From an uncultured delta proteobacterium (GTDB lineage: Bacteria > Desulfobacterota > Binatia > HRBIN30 > BPIQ01): a stretch of 64,000 nt of DNA. Positions 29,777-42,198 of this stretch are shown piece by piece. Below the pieces are notes generated by a model. That model made no database searches and had not been told where the DNA came from. It saw only the letters and a list, made by a program, of their open reading frames with translations. The stretch spans positions 1 to 64,000 of the forward strand of contig CAVXGR010000007.1 in NCBI GenBank assembly GCA_963761335.1, given 5' to 3'. Position 1 is the first letter of the stretch, and each line of letters starts with the position of its first letter. The position numbers were made by a program, and so were the translations under genes.

Positions 29777-32700
29777 ATGATTGGACGCCGGATTTTCGCG
29801 GCGGTAGCCGGGACGCTCGCGGTTGCCGGCTTCGCCGTACCAGCCTGCGGATACACGCTGCACCCGAGCGACGACACCACCGTCATCGCCGGGCATATCA
29901 ATCGGGCCGCGGCGGATTGGAGACGGGTCTTCGTCCGCGATACCGCGGGACCTCGATATGCCCTGGTGAAGTTCGACCTTTCGATCCTGCCGGGCAGCCT
30001 CACTGCTGCTGATGTCGACAAGGCGACGTTGCAAATGTGGGTGCGGAGCATTGCTCGCGAAGGGGATCTCTCCCTCCACCTCGTTCAAGGGGCGTGGGAT
30101 GAGGAGTCTACCGGGGTGCCCGCCATGGACGGGACTCCGTTCGCGACCGGCGCGGTGACGCTCAACGATCAGCATCGGCGCGTGATCATCGACGTCACCG
30201 ACCAGGTCAAGGATTGGGTCAACGGCACGCCGAACAACGGCTTGGCGATTCTCTCCGACGGTGCCTCGGTCGCGTTCGCGTCCAAGGAGAGCCGTTACGA
30301 GGCGATGGAGATAGAAGTGGCGCTCGCCACGGGAGGGCCAGGCTCTCAGGGTCCCCCGGGGCCGACCGGGCCCAGCGGGCCATCCGGCGCCGACGGCGCC
30401 CCTGGAGCTCCCGGACCGACGGGCCCGCAGGGGGTCCCGGGAGCGTCCGGGCCTACAGGCCCCAGCGGCGCCCAGGGCTTGCAGGGACTTCAAGGTGTCG
30501 CTGGTGCGATCGGTCCGACCGGCCCGCAAGGTCCACAGGGCATCCAAGGTGTCGCCGGCACCATCGGGCCAAGCGGACCACAAGGTTCGCAAGGTGCGCA
30601 GGGCCCAGTGGGTCTCATCGGCCCAACCGGCCCGCAGGGATCGCAGGGCGTGCAGGGACCGGCCGGTATCGCAGGCCCCAGCGGACCACAAGGACCGCCG
30701 GGTGCGCAGGGCCTAGCGGGGCCGGGCGGTCCCTCGGGCCCCCAAGGATCGCAGGGCGGTGCAGGGCCGGCGGGACCGCCGGGGCCGAGCGGGCCACAAG
30801 GGCCTCCCGGGACACAGGGCACATCCGGAGTGCAGGGTCCCAGCGGACCAGCGGGACCGCCGGGACCAGAGGGCGCCGCCGGAGTTGGCCTGACGAATCG
30901 CGGCGACTGGGAAGCCACGCCCTCACCAGCCTACTCTCCGAATGACTATGTCTTCGATCGCTCCACCGATAGCCCTACGGTCTTTAGCATGTGGATTTTT
31001 CGCGGCACCGGTTCGAGCCCGTTGACGACAGAACCCTACCTCTCCGATCAGTGGGTCGAGTTCAGCGCCCCGCAGGGGCCGCCTGGACCCGCCGGATCCC
31101 AGGGGCCTGCGGGCACCGACGGACAAGAAGGAGTGGGGATCCAGGGACCGCAAGGGCCCGCCGGGCCAACCGGGCCGGAGGGTCCTCAGGGTATCCAAGG
31201 CATCGCCGGTGGCGCGGGGCCGACCGGGCCTGAGGGGCCGGCGGGGTTACAGGGCGCGCCGGGCCCCTTGGGCCCAACCGGATCGCAGGGGCCGGTCGGC
31301 CTCCAGGGACCTCCAGGTCCAACCGGCGCGACGGGATCACAAGGGCCCCTCGGCCTGCAGGGGCCTCCGGGTCCGAGTGGCGACGCAGGACCGCAGGGAC
31401 CTCAGGGGCTGCAGGGTCCTCCGGGATTGGCGGGTGCGCAGGGGGCCCAGGGCATCCAGGGTATCCAGGGCCTGCAGGGTCTGCCCGGTTCCACCGGGCC
31501 ACAGGGTCCCGCCGGCGTGGGGTTGAACAACCGCGGCACTTGGGAGGGGACTCCCTCACCGCCGTACGCACCGAACGACTACGTCTTCGACCGCTCCACC
31601 GACAGTCCGACCGTCCTGAGCATGTGGATCTTCCAAGGTGCGGGATCGAGCCCCTTGACCACGCAGCCGTATCTCTCCGACCAATGGGTAGAATTCAGTG
31701 CTCCCGAGGGACCGCAGGGAATCGCCGGGGCCACTGGCCCAATCGGTCCGACGGTCCGCAAGGCGGGAAGGCGTCGCGGGGGCACGGGCCCGATCGGCCC
31801 GACTGGCCCGCAAGGTGAGCAGGGCGTCGCTGGAGCCACGGGCCCAATCGGTCCGACCGGGCCACAAGGCGCGGAAGGCGTCGCCGGGGCCACTGGGCCG
31901 ACGGGTGCGACCGGGCTGCAAGGCGTGGCTGGAGTCGCAGGGCCGACCGGTCCGACCGGCCCGCAGGGAGCTCAGGGAGTCGCCGGCGCCATCGGCCCCA
32001 CCGGTCCGCAACCACCCGTGGCGGGAACCAACGGCGCCGTACAGTTCAACAACGCCTCGGCGCTCGGCGGGGATGCTGCGAGCTTCTTCTGGGACGACAG
32101 CAACAAGCGGCTCGGTCTCGGCACGTCGAGCCCGATGGACCGACTCCAAGTGACCGGCAACTTGCGTCTCGATCCGTCCTCCGGCGAGGGGATCATCAAG
32201 TTGGGAGACGATCGATTCATCCACAACACCGGCATTGAGAGCTTCTTCGCCGGTGTGCGTGCCGGTACGCTGACCTCTTCGGCGAGCGGCAATACGGGCG
32301 TCGGTTCGCGTGTCTTGGAAGTTTTGAGCACGGGTAGCGCAAACACCGGCATTGGCGCCGACGCGCTGCAGGAGAACTCGACAGGAGAGAGCAACACGGC
32401 ACTCGGAAACGGAGCCCTCAAGATCAACCAGGGATCCTTCAACACGGCGGTGGGGAGCTCTGCACTGCCGAGCAACACCAGCGGCAACAGCAACATCGCC
32501 GTCGGCTACGCGGCGCTGTACACCAACACCGACGGCATCGGCAACATCGCCATCGGATACGACGCCGACGTCGGCTCAGGCATCGTGAACAACGCCACCG
32601 TCATCGGCAACCAAGCTACCGTGACCTCGAGCAACGCGATGGTGTTCGGCAACTCGAGCGTCACCAAGTGGGGCTTCGGGACGACACCCGGCAGTCCCAA

Positions 32701-33139
32701 CATCCTGCAGTTCAACAGCTCCGTCACGACGGCACGGTTGACCAGCGGCGGGGTGTGGACCAACGCCTCGGACCGCAGCCTGAAGGAGAACTTCACTCCC
32801 GTGGACGGGAGAGACGTCCTCGACCGGCTCTCGACGCTTCCCATCTCGAGGTGGAACTACAAGAGCGAGAGCTCCGACATTCAGCATATCGGTCCGACGG
32901 CGCAGGACTTCTACCAGCGCTTCGCCCTGGGCGGAGACGACAAGACGATCTCCACCATTGATCCGTCGGGAGTCGCCCTTGTCGCCATCCAGCAGCTCAA
33001 GAAGGAAAACGACACGCTTCGTGCCGAGATGGAGCTTCTGAAGATGCAAGTGTCTGATCTCTCGGCGGCCGTGGGAAAATTGCAGGATCGGACGATGCTG
33101 CAAGCGGCTCGAGCGACCAGCGACCTGCCCGCAGAGTGA
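29777..33139 (+). CDS. Secreted collagen-like fibre protein: DNRLRE-like N-terminal domain, Gly-X-Y repeats, NTAxG repeats and a C-terminal peptidase S74 chaperone domain
   Basis: Signal peptide; [26 protein letters not shown]; GPQGPxGPT runs; [20 protein letters not shown] followed by a coiled coil. Confidence 0.85.
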   Translation: MIGRRIFAAVAGTLAVAGFAVPACGYTLHPSDDTTVIAGHINRAAADWRRVFVRDTAGPRYALVKFDLSILPGSLTAADVDKATLQMWVRSIAREGDLSLHLVQGAWDEESTGVPAMDGTPFATGAVTLNDQHRRVIIDVTDQVKDWVNGTPNNGLAILSDGASVAFASKESRYEAMEIEVALATGGPGSQGPPGPTGPSGPSGADGAPGAPGPTGPQGVPGASGPTGPSGAQGLQGLQGVAGAIGPTGPQGPQGIQGVAGTIGPSGPQGSQGAQGPVGLIGPTGPQGSQGVQGPAGIAGPSGPQGPPGAQGLAGPGGPSGPQGSQGGAGPAGPPGPSGPQGPPGTQGTSGVQGPSGPAGPPGPEGAAGVGLTNRGDWEATPSPAYSPNDYVFDRSTDSPTVFSMWIFRGTGSSPLTTEPYLSDQWVEFSAPQGPPGPAGSQGPAGTDGQEGVGIQGPQGPAGPTGPEGPQGIQGIAGGAGPTGPEGPAGLQGAPGPLGPTGSQGPVGLQGPPGPTGATGSQGPLGLQGPPGPSGDAGPQGPQGLQGPPGLAGAQGAQGIQGIQGLQGLPGSTGPQGPAGVGLNNRGTWEGTPSPPYAPNDYVFDRSTDSPTVLSMWIFQGAGSSPLTTQPYLSDQWVEFSAPEGPQGIAGATGPIGPTVRKAGRRRGGTGPIGPTGPQGEQGVAGATGPIGPTGPQGAEGVAGATGPTGATGLQGVAGVAGPTGPTGPQGAQGVAGAIGPTGPQPPVAGTNGAVQFNNASALGGDAASFFWDDSNKRLGLGTSSPMDRLQVTGNLRLDPSSGEGIIKLGDDRFIHNTGIESFFAGVRAGTLTSSASGNTGVGSRVLEVLSTGSANTGIGADALQENSTGESNTALGNGALKINQGSFNTAVGSSALPSNTSGNSNIAVGYAALYTNTDGIGNIAIGYDADVGSGIVNNATVIGNQATVTSSNAMVFGNSSVTKWGFGTTPGSPNILQFNSSVTTARLTSGGVWTNASDRSLKENFTPVDGRDVLDRLSTLPISRWNYKSESSDIQHIGPTAQDFYQRFALGGDDKTISTIDPSGVALVAIQQLKKENDTLRAEMELLKMQVSDLSAAVGKLQDRTMLQAARATSDLPAE

Positions 33140-33639
33140 ACCGGTACAGCGAGTCTGGCGGCCTTCTGCTTCTCGGCGCCGCGCTCGTCTTCAACGCCGC
33201 GCTCCTGGCGCCGGAGTTGCGTATCGGCGGTCTGGCGTGGAACGACACGACCTTCCACATCGCCGCCTCGGAGCGTCTGGTCGAAAGCGTGGCCCGCGGC
33301 CGGCCCGTCTCATTGCGATCGGCGCGGCAGGAGTTCCACGTCTTCGCGGCGGCCCCGACTGTCGTCGAGGCCGCGACGTTCCACTATCCGGGGTGGAGGG
33401 TGCTCGTCGACGGAAGGGCTACCGCCGTCGTGCCGACCGCCGATCGGGGCACGATCTCGTTCCATCTGTCTCCCGGCGCCCACCGCATCGTCCTCGATCT
33501 CGGGCCGACACCGCTGCGCCACGGTGCCAGGCTGGCGAGCGCGATCATTGCCGCGCTGCTCCTCTGCATCGCGGCCCTTTGTGTTTGCGGTAAGCGGGCG
33601 GATATCTCAGAAGAGAGAAAGAAGGACGCGGAGCGCTGA
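33136..33639 (+). pseudogene. YfhO-like membrane protein remnant (apparent large internal deletion)
   Basis: An N-terminal TM and NDTTFH are joined directly to the C-terminal FHYPGWRVLVDG..PGAHRI..TM region typical of much longer YfhO-like proteins. Confidence 0.5.
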
Positions 33640-35061
33640 GTGACGGAGCAAAGCACGATCATCGCCGGTGCCGGGCCCAACGGCCTGTCCGCGGCCGTGG
33701 CCCTGGCGGGGGCCGGGCACCGCGTCGAGCTGTACGAAGCGGCGGATCACATCGGCGGCGGCACGCGAACCGAGGCGCTGACGCTTCCGGGTTTTCGCCA
33801 CGACGTCTGCTCGGCGGTTCACCCGATGGCGGCTGCATCTCCGTTCTTTCGCACGCTGCCGCTCGCCGAGCACGGGCTCGAATGGATTCATCCGCCGACT
33901 CTCATGGCGCACCCCTTCGACGACGGTACGGCCGCCGTCCTCGAGCGCTCGACGGCCGCCACCGCCGACAGCCTCGGCGGTAAGGACGCGGCTGCATACC
34001 GGCGGCTGATCGAGCCGTTCGCGCGCCACTGGGAGAAGGTGATCGGCGAGGCGCTATCTCCGCCCTTTCACCTCATCCGGCATCCGCTGCTGATGGCCCG
34101 GCTCGGACTTCTCGGCCTGCCGCCGGCGGCCACCCTGGCTCGCCTCTGCTTTCGCTCGGACCGGGCGCGGGCCTTCTTGCTCGGCATCGCCAGCCACGTT
34201 CTGTTGCCCATGGAGCGCTCTCCTTCCGCGGCCTTCGGCATCATGCTCGCGGTGGCGGGTCACGGCGCCGGCTGGCCGATCCCGCGCGGCGGCTCACAGG
34301 CGATTGCCGACGCCCTGGCAGGAGTGCTGCGCACGCGCGGCGGCCAGATCCGCACCGGCGAGCCGATTCGGGATCTGACACTGCTCGACGAGGCGCGCGC
34401 CATGCTCCTCGACCTGACGCCGAGGCAGGTCCTGGCGATCGGCGGAGACCGGTTGCCGGAGCGCTATCGCAAACAGCTCTCCGCCTATCGCTATGCGCCC
34501 GGCGTGTTCAAGATCGACTGGGCACTGCGCGAGCCGATTCCCTGGGCGGCCTCCGAGTGCCGGCGCGCCGGAACGATCCACCTCGGCGCCAGCAGCGCCG
34601 AGACCGCCGCGTCGGCGCGCGCCGCGTGGTACGGCCGGCCGGACGAGCGCCCCTACATCATTCTGGCGCAGCCGTCGCTCTTCGATTCGACACGCGCCCC
34701 GGAGGGGAGGCACACCGCCTGGGCATACTGCCACGTTCCCCACGGCTCGACGGAAGACCGGACAGCGGCGATCGAGCGCCAGGTGGAGCGCTTCGCTCCC
34801 GGCTTCCGCGAGGTCATCCTCGCCCGCCACACGTTCAACACCAAGGAGCTCGAGGCGCACAACCCCAACCTGGTCGGCGGCGACATCAACGGCGGCGTGC
34901 AGGACCTGCGGCAGTTCTTCTTCCGCCCCGTGCCGGCACTCGATCCCTACGCCACGCCGGTCAAAGGCCTCTTCCTCTGCTCCGCCTCCACTCCCCCCGG
35001 CGGCGCGGTTCACGGCATGTGCGGCTTCAACGCCGCGCAGTCGGTGCTGCGGCGGTCGTGA
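33640..35061 (+). CDS. Phytoene desaturase-family FAD-dependent oxidoreductase
   Basis: GAGPNGL, HDVCSAVHP, GGDINGG and STPPGGAVHGMCG motifs. Confidence 0.9.
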   Translation: MTEQSTIIAGAGPNGLSAAVALAGAGHRVELYEAADHIGGGTRTEALTLPGFRHDVCSAVHPMAAASPFFRTLPLAEHGLEWIHPPTLMAHPFDDGTAAVLERSTAATADSLGGKDAAAYRRLIEPFARHWEKVIGEALSPPFHLIRHPLLMARLGLLGLPPAATLARLCFRSDRARAFLLGIASHVLLPMERSPSAAFGIMLAVAGHGAGWPIPRGGSQAIADALAGVLRTRGGQIRTGEPIRDLTLLDEARAMLLDLTPRQVLAIGGDRLPERYRKQLSAYRYAPGVFKIDWALREPIPWAASECRRAGTIHLGASSAETAASARAAWYGRPDERPYIILAQPSLFDSTRAPEGRHTAWAYCHVPHGSTEDRTAAIERQVERFAPGFREVILARHTFNTKELEAHNPNLVGGDINGGVQDLRQFFFRPVPALDPYATPVKGLFLCSASTPPGGAVHGMCGFNAAQSVLRRS

Positions 35062-35149
35062 GATCGGGACGTCGAGGCTCGACAGGAGAACCCGGCCAGC
35101 GGCGACACCAGGTCGGGGGAGCCAAAGAACTACAAGTTCCGCTCCTCAT

Positions 35150-35290
35150 TCTCCATTCTCATTCCCGGTTCTCAGCCCGTCGTTTTCCATTCGCTCTGAC
35201 AGCCGCGAGTAACCTATGCAGCTGGCTCCTACTCAGCTCTCGGAACAATGGAAAACGACGGGATGAGAACCGGGAATGACGAATGGAGAA
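35150..35290. repeat. Inverted pair of the TCTCATTCCCGGTTCTCATCCCGTCGTTTTCCATT repeat family
   Basis: Same unit at ~51325-51372 and as an inverted pair at ~60293-60432. Confidence 0.8.
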
Positions 35291-35791
35291 CGCCAGAATT
35301 GCGATCCAGGTCCCTGTAGCGAGACCCTGTTCCGCCGCCGGCTCTCGCCAGGTGCGTCCCTGCGGGTCGGGGTCGCGGCGTTCCATCCAGCGCTGCGGGT
35401 GTGCAGGCGCGGCGAAGCCGTAGCGCGCGTAGAGACCGTGCGCGTCGGCGGTGCCCAGGGTCCAGAGCCGGAACCCCTGGAGATCGGGGTGGGCCATGAT
35501 CCGCTCCATCATGCGCTTGCCGAGTCCTTGGCCGCGGTGCTCGGGGAGGACGAATACATCCATGACGTGACCGTAGGTGGCGTAGTCCGTGACCACGCGC
35601 GCAAACCCCACCAATCGCCCCTGGTGCAGGACGCCGAGGCAGAAGGAGTTGCGCACACACGCGGCGACCACCTGGCGCCGCACTCCCCGAGCCCAGTACG
35701 ACTCCTTCGAGAGGAAGCGATAGATCGCCTCGACGTCGAGGGCGTCGCGGTCGGTGGTGAAGAGGTATTCGCCGGGGCCGGTGTCGTCCAT
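35159..35791 (-). CDS. GNAT family N-acetyltransferase
   Basis: SYWARG, VGFARVVTD, DVFVLPEHRGQGLGK and TADAHGLY motifs; the C-terminus reads into the repeat. Confidence 0.85.
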   Translation of the reverse strand: MDDTGPGEYLFTTDRDALDVEAIYRFLSKESYWARGVRRQVVAACVRNSFCLGVLHQGRLVGFARVVTDYATYGHVMDVFVLPEHRGQGLGKRMMERIMAHPDLQGFRLWTLGTADAHGLYARYGFAAPAHPQRWMERRDPDPQGRTWREPAAEQGLATGTWIAILAFSIRHSRFSSRRFPLFRELSRSQLHRLLAAVRANGKRRAENRE

Positions 35792-35839
35792 GGGCCGCTT
35801 ATGCCTTTGCGCAGCCGAGCGGGGCAAGCTCGAGGCGGG

Positions 35840-36195
35840 GCGCGGCTACACGCCCGCGCCCCTGACGGGCGCGTTGTGAGAGACCGCGTATCTTCCCCGG
35901 GTGTCGAAACCGTCTCGAAACCCGGGCAAAACGATTCCGCCGGCCCGCGGGCCAAGGTGGAAGCGGCGTCTCGCCGCTTCGGAAAGCGCCGGGACGGCGC
36001 TTCTACTCCGCTTTTGAGACAGCCTCTTTCACCCGAGGCTGCACGCCTGCGCCCCTAACGGGGCGCGATATGGGAACCCGCCTATTTTCCCCGGGTTGCA
36101 CCCGGGGCTACACGCCGGCGCCCCTGACGGGGCGATCTTCCTCGACACGCGGGGCGATCTTCCTCGACAAGACGGGGCGGATTTCCTCGCGCAAA
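35840..36195. repeat. Cluster of REP-like palindromes and a short ~22-bp tandem repeat
   Basis: GAAGCGGCGTCTCGCCGCTTC hairpin unit also at ~58350-58427; CGCCCC..GGGGCG and CCCGGG hairpins; GGGCGATCTTCCTCGACA 2-3 times. Confidence 0.7.
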
Positions 36196-36225
36196 ACGTC
36201 CAAGCTCCAGGGCGGGACGGCGCGT

Positions 36226-37235
<1,010 letters not shown>

Positions 37236-37239
<4 letters not shown>

Positions 37240-38648
37240 GAGGCCTCCTCCCCGGCGGGCGCGGCGACCGCCGCCGGCGCCGGCCGCGCCGCGTTCAGCG
37301 CCTCGACCAGGTACGGCAGCGACTCGTCGGCCAGCGACAGGGTCGGGTCGAGGCGTTTCCCCAAACCCTCCGCGGTCATCAGCGCCAGATTCACCATCGT
37401 CATGTGACTGCGCGCCTGGATGTGATGCCGGCGCAGGATGTCGAACAGGCGGCCGATCTCGAGGGTGATCTGCAGGTTGCCGAGCCCGCGCCGGACGACA
37501 TCGGCGACGGCGGCGCAGACCTCGGCCTCGTAGGCCGCGTAGTCGCGGGTCGTGGCGTGCGGCGAGTTCTCGTGGAAGAGCCGGGCCACGGTCACGCCGT
37601 CGCCGGTCGCGAAGGCGTGCAGCAGCTGCGCGAAGCCCACCCGGTCGCCCTCCTCGATGACGCCGACCAGCCCCAGATCGAGCAGCACGACGTGCCCGGG
37701 CGGCAGGAAGCGCAGGTTGCCGGGGTGCAGGTCGGCGTGCACGAAGCCGTGCAGGAAGATCATGCGGCAGACGCAGCGCAGCCCGGCCGAGACCACGCGC
37801 CGAAGGTCGATGCCGGCCGCTTCCAGATCCTCCTCGCGCACGCCGTCGACGAACTCCATGGTCAGCACCGCGTCGGAGCACGCCTCCGGCACCAGCCGCG
37901 GAAAGAGGATGTCGGGATCGCCGGCGAAGTTCGCCGCGAAGCGGCGGTTGTGGCGCGCCTCGCCGGCGAGATGGATCTGCTGCTCGACGGCGTCGCAGAA
38001 ATTGCGCATGGCGTCCTCCAGCGAGATCAGCCGCAGCGAGGGGAGCAGGCGCTCCAGAATGCGACAGACGAAGAGCAGGATGGAGCGGTCGAGGCGAATC
38101 TTGTCGAGGATGTCGGGGCGGCGGACCTTGACGGCGACGGTGGCGCCGCTGGCGCGCAGCACGGCGCGGTGCACCTGGGCGACCGAGGCGGCGGCGACCG
38201 GCGCGGGCTCGAAGCGGTCGAAGATCGACTCGAGCGGCTGCCCGAGCTCCGTCTCGATGGTGTGCCGCACCGTAGCGAAGGGAAACGGCGGCACCTGGTC
38301 GCGCAGCTTGGAGAGCTCCTCGACGAGCGGCTGCGGCAACAGGTCGCCGCGCGTCGAGGCGATCTGACCGACCTTGATGAAGGTCGCCCCGAGTGAGGTG
38401 CACAGGCGCACCAGAGCCCGGCCCAGGGCATGCGGCACCGCCTCGCGCAGCGGGCGCCCCACGGCGGAGACGAGATAGGCGGCGAAGGCCACCGCCGCCG
38501 CCGCCGATGCCGAGAGCATCTGGGCGCTGCGCAGGGCGATGCGCCAGGCGTGCACCGCGGCGCCGTCGGAGCTCCTGTCAACCTGCATCGTCTCGGTCTC
38601 GTTGCGGATCATCGAAGTCGGGAGTCGGATCCTCGGGGAGTGAATCAT
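37236..38648 (-). CDS. ABC1/UbiB (AarF) atypical kinase family protein
   Basis: [35 protein letters not shown] and LDLG motifs. Confidence 0.9.
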
Positions 38649-38767
38649 CTGCGTGAATCACTGTCCATCGGCAGCGGGCCAGAGGCCCGGCGTCCGCCCC
38701 CGGATATCCGCGCAGCGGGTTTTGTCCAACTGTTTCCGCATCCGGCGCGGATTGTTATGATCGACCG

Positions 38768-39433
38768 ATGGACGCCACCGAGCAGGCTCTTGAGTTCGTC
38801 CGCGACGGCCACGTCGTCGGCCTGGGAACCGGCCGCGCCGCCTCCGCATTCGTCGAGGCGCTCGGCGAGCGGGTGCGCCGCGGCTTGCGCATCCGCGGGG
38901 TGCCGACATCCACGGTCACGGCCGAGCTGGCAACGCGGCTGGGGATTCCGCTCACCAGCCTCTCCGAGGTCGACGGCATCGACGTGACCGTCGACGGCGC
39001 CGATGAGGTCGATCCCCAGCTCGACCTCATCAAGGGGTACGGCGGCGCCCTCCTGCGCGAGAAGATCGTCGCCGCCTCGTCGAAGCGGCTGGTGATCCTG
39101 GTCGGGGTCGAGAAGCTGGTGCCGGTGCTGGGGACGCGGGGCGTGCTGCCGGTCGAGGTGGTGCCCTTCGGCCTGTCGCTGTGCACGCGGCGACTGCAAG
39201 AGCTCGGCCTTCGCCCGGAGCCGCGACGGCGCGACGGCGAGCTGTACCTGACCGACAACGGCAACCATATCCTCAACTGCGGCGTCTCGCCCATCAACAA
39301 CCCAGGCGAGGCCGAGCAGGCGATCCGCGCCATCCCCGGCGTGGTCGGTACCGGGCTCTTCGTCGGTATGGCGAATACCGTCCTGATTCAGGACGGCAAC
39401 ACGGTGGAGCGTCGGCAGCGCGGCATCGAGTGA
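38768..39433 (+). CDS. rpiA: Ribose-5-phosphate isomerase A
   Basis: GLGTG, DGADEVD, IKGYGGALLREK and TDNGN motifs. Confidence 0.95.
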   Translation: MDATEQALEFVRDGHVVGLGTGRAASAFVEALGERVRRGLRIRGVPTSTVTAELATRLGIPLTSLSEVDGIDVTVDGADEVDPQLDLIKGYGGALLREKIVAASSKRLVILVGVEKLVPVLGTRGVLPVEVVPFGLSLCTRRLQELGLRPEPRRRDGELYLTDNGNHILNCGVSPINNPGEAEQAIRAIPGVVGTGLFVGMANTVLIQDGNTVERRQRGIE

Positions 39434-39460
39434 GAAGCCCACAAACCCCAGGAGCATTTC

Positions 39461-41002
39461 ATGCGCGACATGTCTTCGCAGAATCCGCTCACTGTGGGGT
39501 TGAGCAGGACAGCGCTGCCCCAACCCTGCACCCTGGTCATCTTCGGCGCCAGCGGTGACCTGGCGCGGCGCAAGCTACTGCCGGCCATCTACAACCTGGC
39601 GCTGGACGGCGTGCTACCAGCGAACATCGCCGTAGTGGGATTCTCGCGCACCGAGTACGACGACCAGCAGTTCCGCGGCCTGGCGCAGGAGTCGATCGAG
39701 AAGTACTCGCGGCGCCCCCTCGACGCCGAGCACTGGCCGGACGTCGAGCGCTCGATCTTCTACGTCCCCGGATCCCCCAACGACCCCGAGTCCTACCGGC
39801 GTCTCGAGCAGCGCCTGGGCGAGATCGATGCGGCCCGCGGCATCCCCGGCAACCGCATCTTCTACCTGTCGGTGCCGCCCAGCGTCTTCGACGGCGCCAT
39901 CGGCCACCTGCACGACTCGGGAATGGTGCGGCCGCCGGACGAGGCTCCCTTCTCGCGCATCATCATCGAGAAGCCGATCGGCTACGACCTGGAGAGCGCC
40001 CGCAAGGTCAACGACACGCTCGCCAGCGCCTTCGACGAGAGCCAGATCTTCCGCATCGATCACTACCTCGGCAAGGAGACGGTGCAGAACATTCTGGTGA
40101 TGCGCTTCGCCAACTCGATCTTCGAGCCGCTGTGGAACCACAAGTACGTCGACCACGTGCAGATCACCGTCGCCGAGGAGGAGGGCGTCGGCAGCCGCGC
40201 CCATTACTACGACGGCGCCGGGGCGCTGCGCGACATGGTGCAGAACCACATCCTCCAGCTGGTCTGCATGACGGCAATGGAGCCGCCCTGGGAGATGCAG
40301 GCCGACGTCGTCCGCGACCACAAGCTCGAGGTGCTGCAATGCCTCCGCCCCATCGCCGGCGAAGACGTCGGGCGCAACGTCGTGCGCGCCCAGTACGTCG
40401 CCGGCGTCCACCGCGGCATCGAGGCCTCCGGCTACCGCCAGGAGAAGGACGTGAACCCGCAGTCGACCACGGAGACCTACGTCGCCCTGCGGCTCTTCAT
40501 CGACAACTGGCGCTGGGCGGGGGTGCCCTTCTTCCTGCGCACCGGCAAGCGCCTGCCGAAGCGCGCCAGCGAGATCGCCGTGCAGTTCAAGGACGTGCCG
40601 CCGATTCTCTTCAACAACGACCCGGCGGCGCCGCTGGAGGCCAACGTGCTGGCGCTGCGCATCCAGCCGGACGAGGGTCTGTCGCTGCGCATCTCCACCA
40701 AGCTGCCCGGCCAGCGCGTGCGCATCTACCCGGTCAAGATGGACTTCCGCTACGGCTCGACCTTTGGGGACACCAGCCCGGAGGCCTACGAGCGCCTGCT
40801 GCTCGACGTCATGGCCGGCGACGCGACGCTGTTCATGCGACGCGATGCGGTGGAGACCTCGTGGAAATGGGTCACCGACGTCCTCGAGGCCTGGAAGCGC
40901 GCCTCGGTCAGTGAGCTGCCGCAGTACCCCGCCGGCACCTGGGGTCCGGAGCAAGCCAATCGGCTGATCGGCGATTGCGGGCGCCAGTGGAGGACGCTGT
41001 GA
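39461..41002 (+). CDS. zwf: Glucose-6-phosphate dehydrogenase
   Basis: GASGDLA, EKPIG, RIDHYLGKE, RDMVQNH and RTGK motifs. Confidence 0.97.
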   Translation: MRDMSSQNPLTVGLSRTALPQPCTLVIFGASGDLARRKLLPAIYNLALDGVLPANIAVVGFSRTEYDDQQFRGLAQESIEKYSRRPLDAEHWPDVERSIFYVPGSPNDPESYRRLEQRLGEIDAARGIPGNRIFYLSVPPSVFDGAIGHLHDSGMVRPPDEAPFSRIIIEKPIGYDLESARKVNDTLASAFDESQIFRIDHYLGKETVQNILVMRFANSIFEPLWNHKYVDHVQITVAEEEGVGSRAHYYDGAGALRDMVQNHILQLVCMTAMEPPWEMQADVVRDHKLEVLQCLRPIAGEDVGRNVVRAQYVAGVHRGIEASGYRQEKDVNPQSTTETYVALRLFIDNWRWAGVPFFLRTGKRLPKRASEIAVQFKDVPPILFNNDPAAPLEANVLALRIQPDEGLSLRISTKLPGQRVRIYPVKMDFRYGSTFGDTSPEAYERLLLDVMAGDATLFMRRDAVETSWKWVTDVLEAWKRASVSELPQYPAGTWGPEQANRLIGDCGRQWRTL

Positions 41003-42116
41003 GCCCCGCGGGCAGGGCGGAGCCGGCGCGCTCGGAGCCGCGGCCGGTGGACATCGACGCCATCGAGCGAGAGCTCGAGCAGCTCTTTCGCGAGCGCTCG
41101 GAGGACACGGCGAACAGGTGCCCCTGACCCGGGCGCGAATGTCCAACCTGCTGGTCTTCACCTCCTCTGCCGAGCAGGCGGAGCACCTCCCCGATGACAT
41201 CGCCGAGATCGTCCGCCTGCATCCGTCGCGCGTTCTGCTGCTCGTCGGCGACGCCCAGCAGCCACAGCCGGAGATCGAGGCCTTCGTCTCGGCGCAGTGC
41301 CACCTCGGCGAGGCGGGGCGCCAGATCTGCTCGGAGCACGTCACCCTGCGCGCCAGCGGCGAGGCGCGGCCGCGGCTGCCGTCGCTGGCGCGCTCGCTGT
41401 TGGTGGGCGAGCTGCCGACGGCCCTGTGGTGGACGCCGGCGGAGCCGCCATCGCAGGCGGGTGAGGTGTTTCGCCAGCTCGCCGACATGGCGGAAGAGAT
41501 CGTCTACGACAGCGCCGCCTGGCTCCAGCCGCAGGGCGGCCTGAGCGACACGGCGGCGTGGGCCCGCGGCGCCGGGGCGCAGAGCGGCATCACCGATCTG
41601 GCCTGGCGCCGGCTCGAGCCCTGGCGTCTGCTCATCAGCCAGTCCCTGGCTCCGTCCGCAAACCCCGGTGCTCTCGACTCCATCACCCAGGTCACGGTCG
41701 AGTACGGCAGAGCCGCCGGCGCCGCAGCCTGGATGCTGGTTGGCTGGCTCGCCAGCCGCCTCGGCTGGCGAGCCACGCGCGGCCGCACCGACGAGAGTGG
41801 TGTCGAGCTGCACTTCCACGCCGGCGAACGCGAGCTGCGCGCCGGCATTCGTCCGGCCGCAGACGGCAAAGACCTCTTCCGCGTCGCCGTCTCCTGGGGT
41901 GCGCCCGGACAGGGCGCGCGCGCCGTCTTCGAGCGCGCCTCAACGGCCCGTCTGTCGGCCACTATCGAGCGCGGCAAAGCGCCGCAGGGCTGTCTCGCCG
42001 CTCCACCCCAATCCGCCGGCACCGTCCTGGCGCAGAGCCTCGCTCTGGGGCAAGACCGGGTCTTTCTCGACGCCCTCCGCGCCGCCGCGCGCGCCATCGG
42101 ACAGATGGGGTGTTGA
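40999..42116 (+). CDS. opcA: G6PD assembly protein OpcA, with an apparent frameshift near 41110
   Basis: GTG overlaps the zwf stop and encodes VDIDAIERELEQLF; continues in a second frame (RARMSNLLV, HPSR, CSEHV, LPTALWW, DLAWRRLEPWR). Confidence 0.8.
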
Positions 42117-42198
42117 GGAGCGGCGAGGCCGCCCTCTTGCCGCGCGTGCTGCGACCGGCTGGGGATCCGAGATGACGGGCATCGCGGTTGAGTGAAGG

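Noticed and set aside
29777..33139. Prophage tail fibre
   Set aside because: It has a signal peptide and no other phage genes are in the window.
36128..36192. Short direct repeats as a mini CRISPR array
   Set aside because: Only 2-3 units separated by 4-5 nt; no spacers or cas genes.
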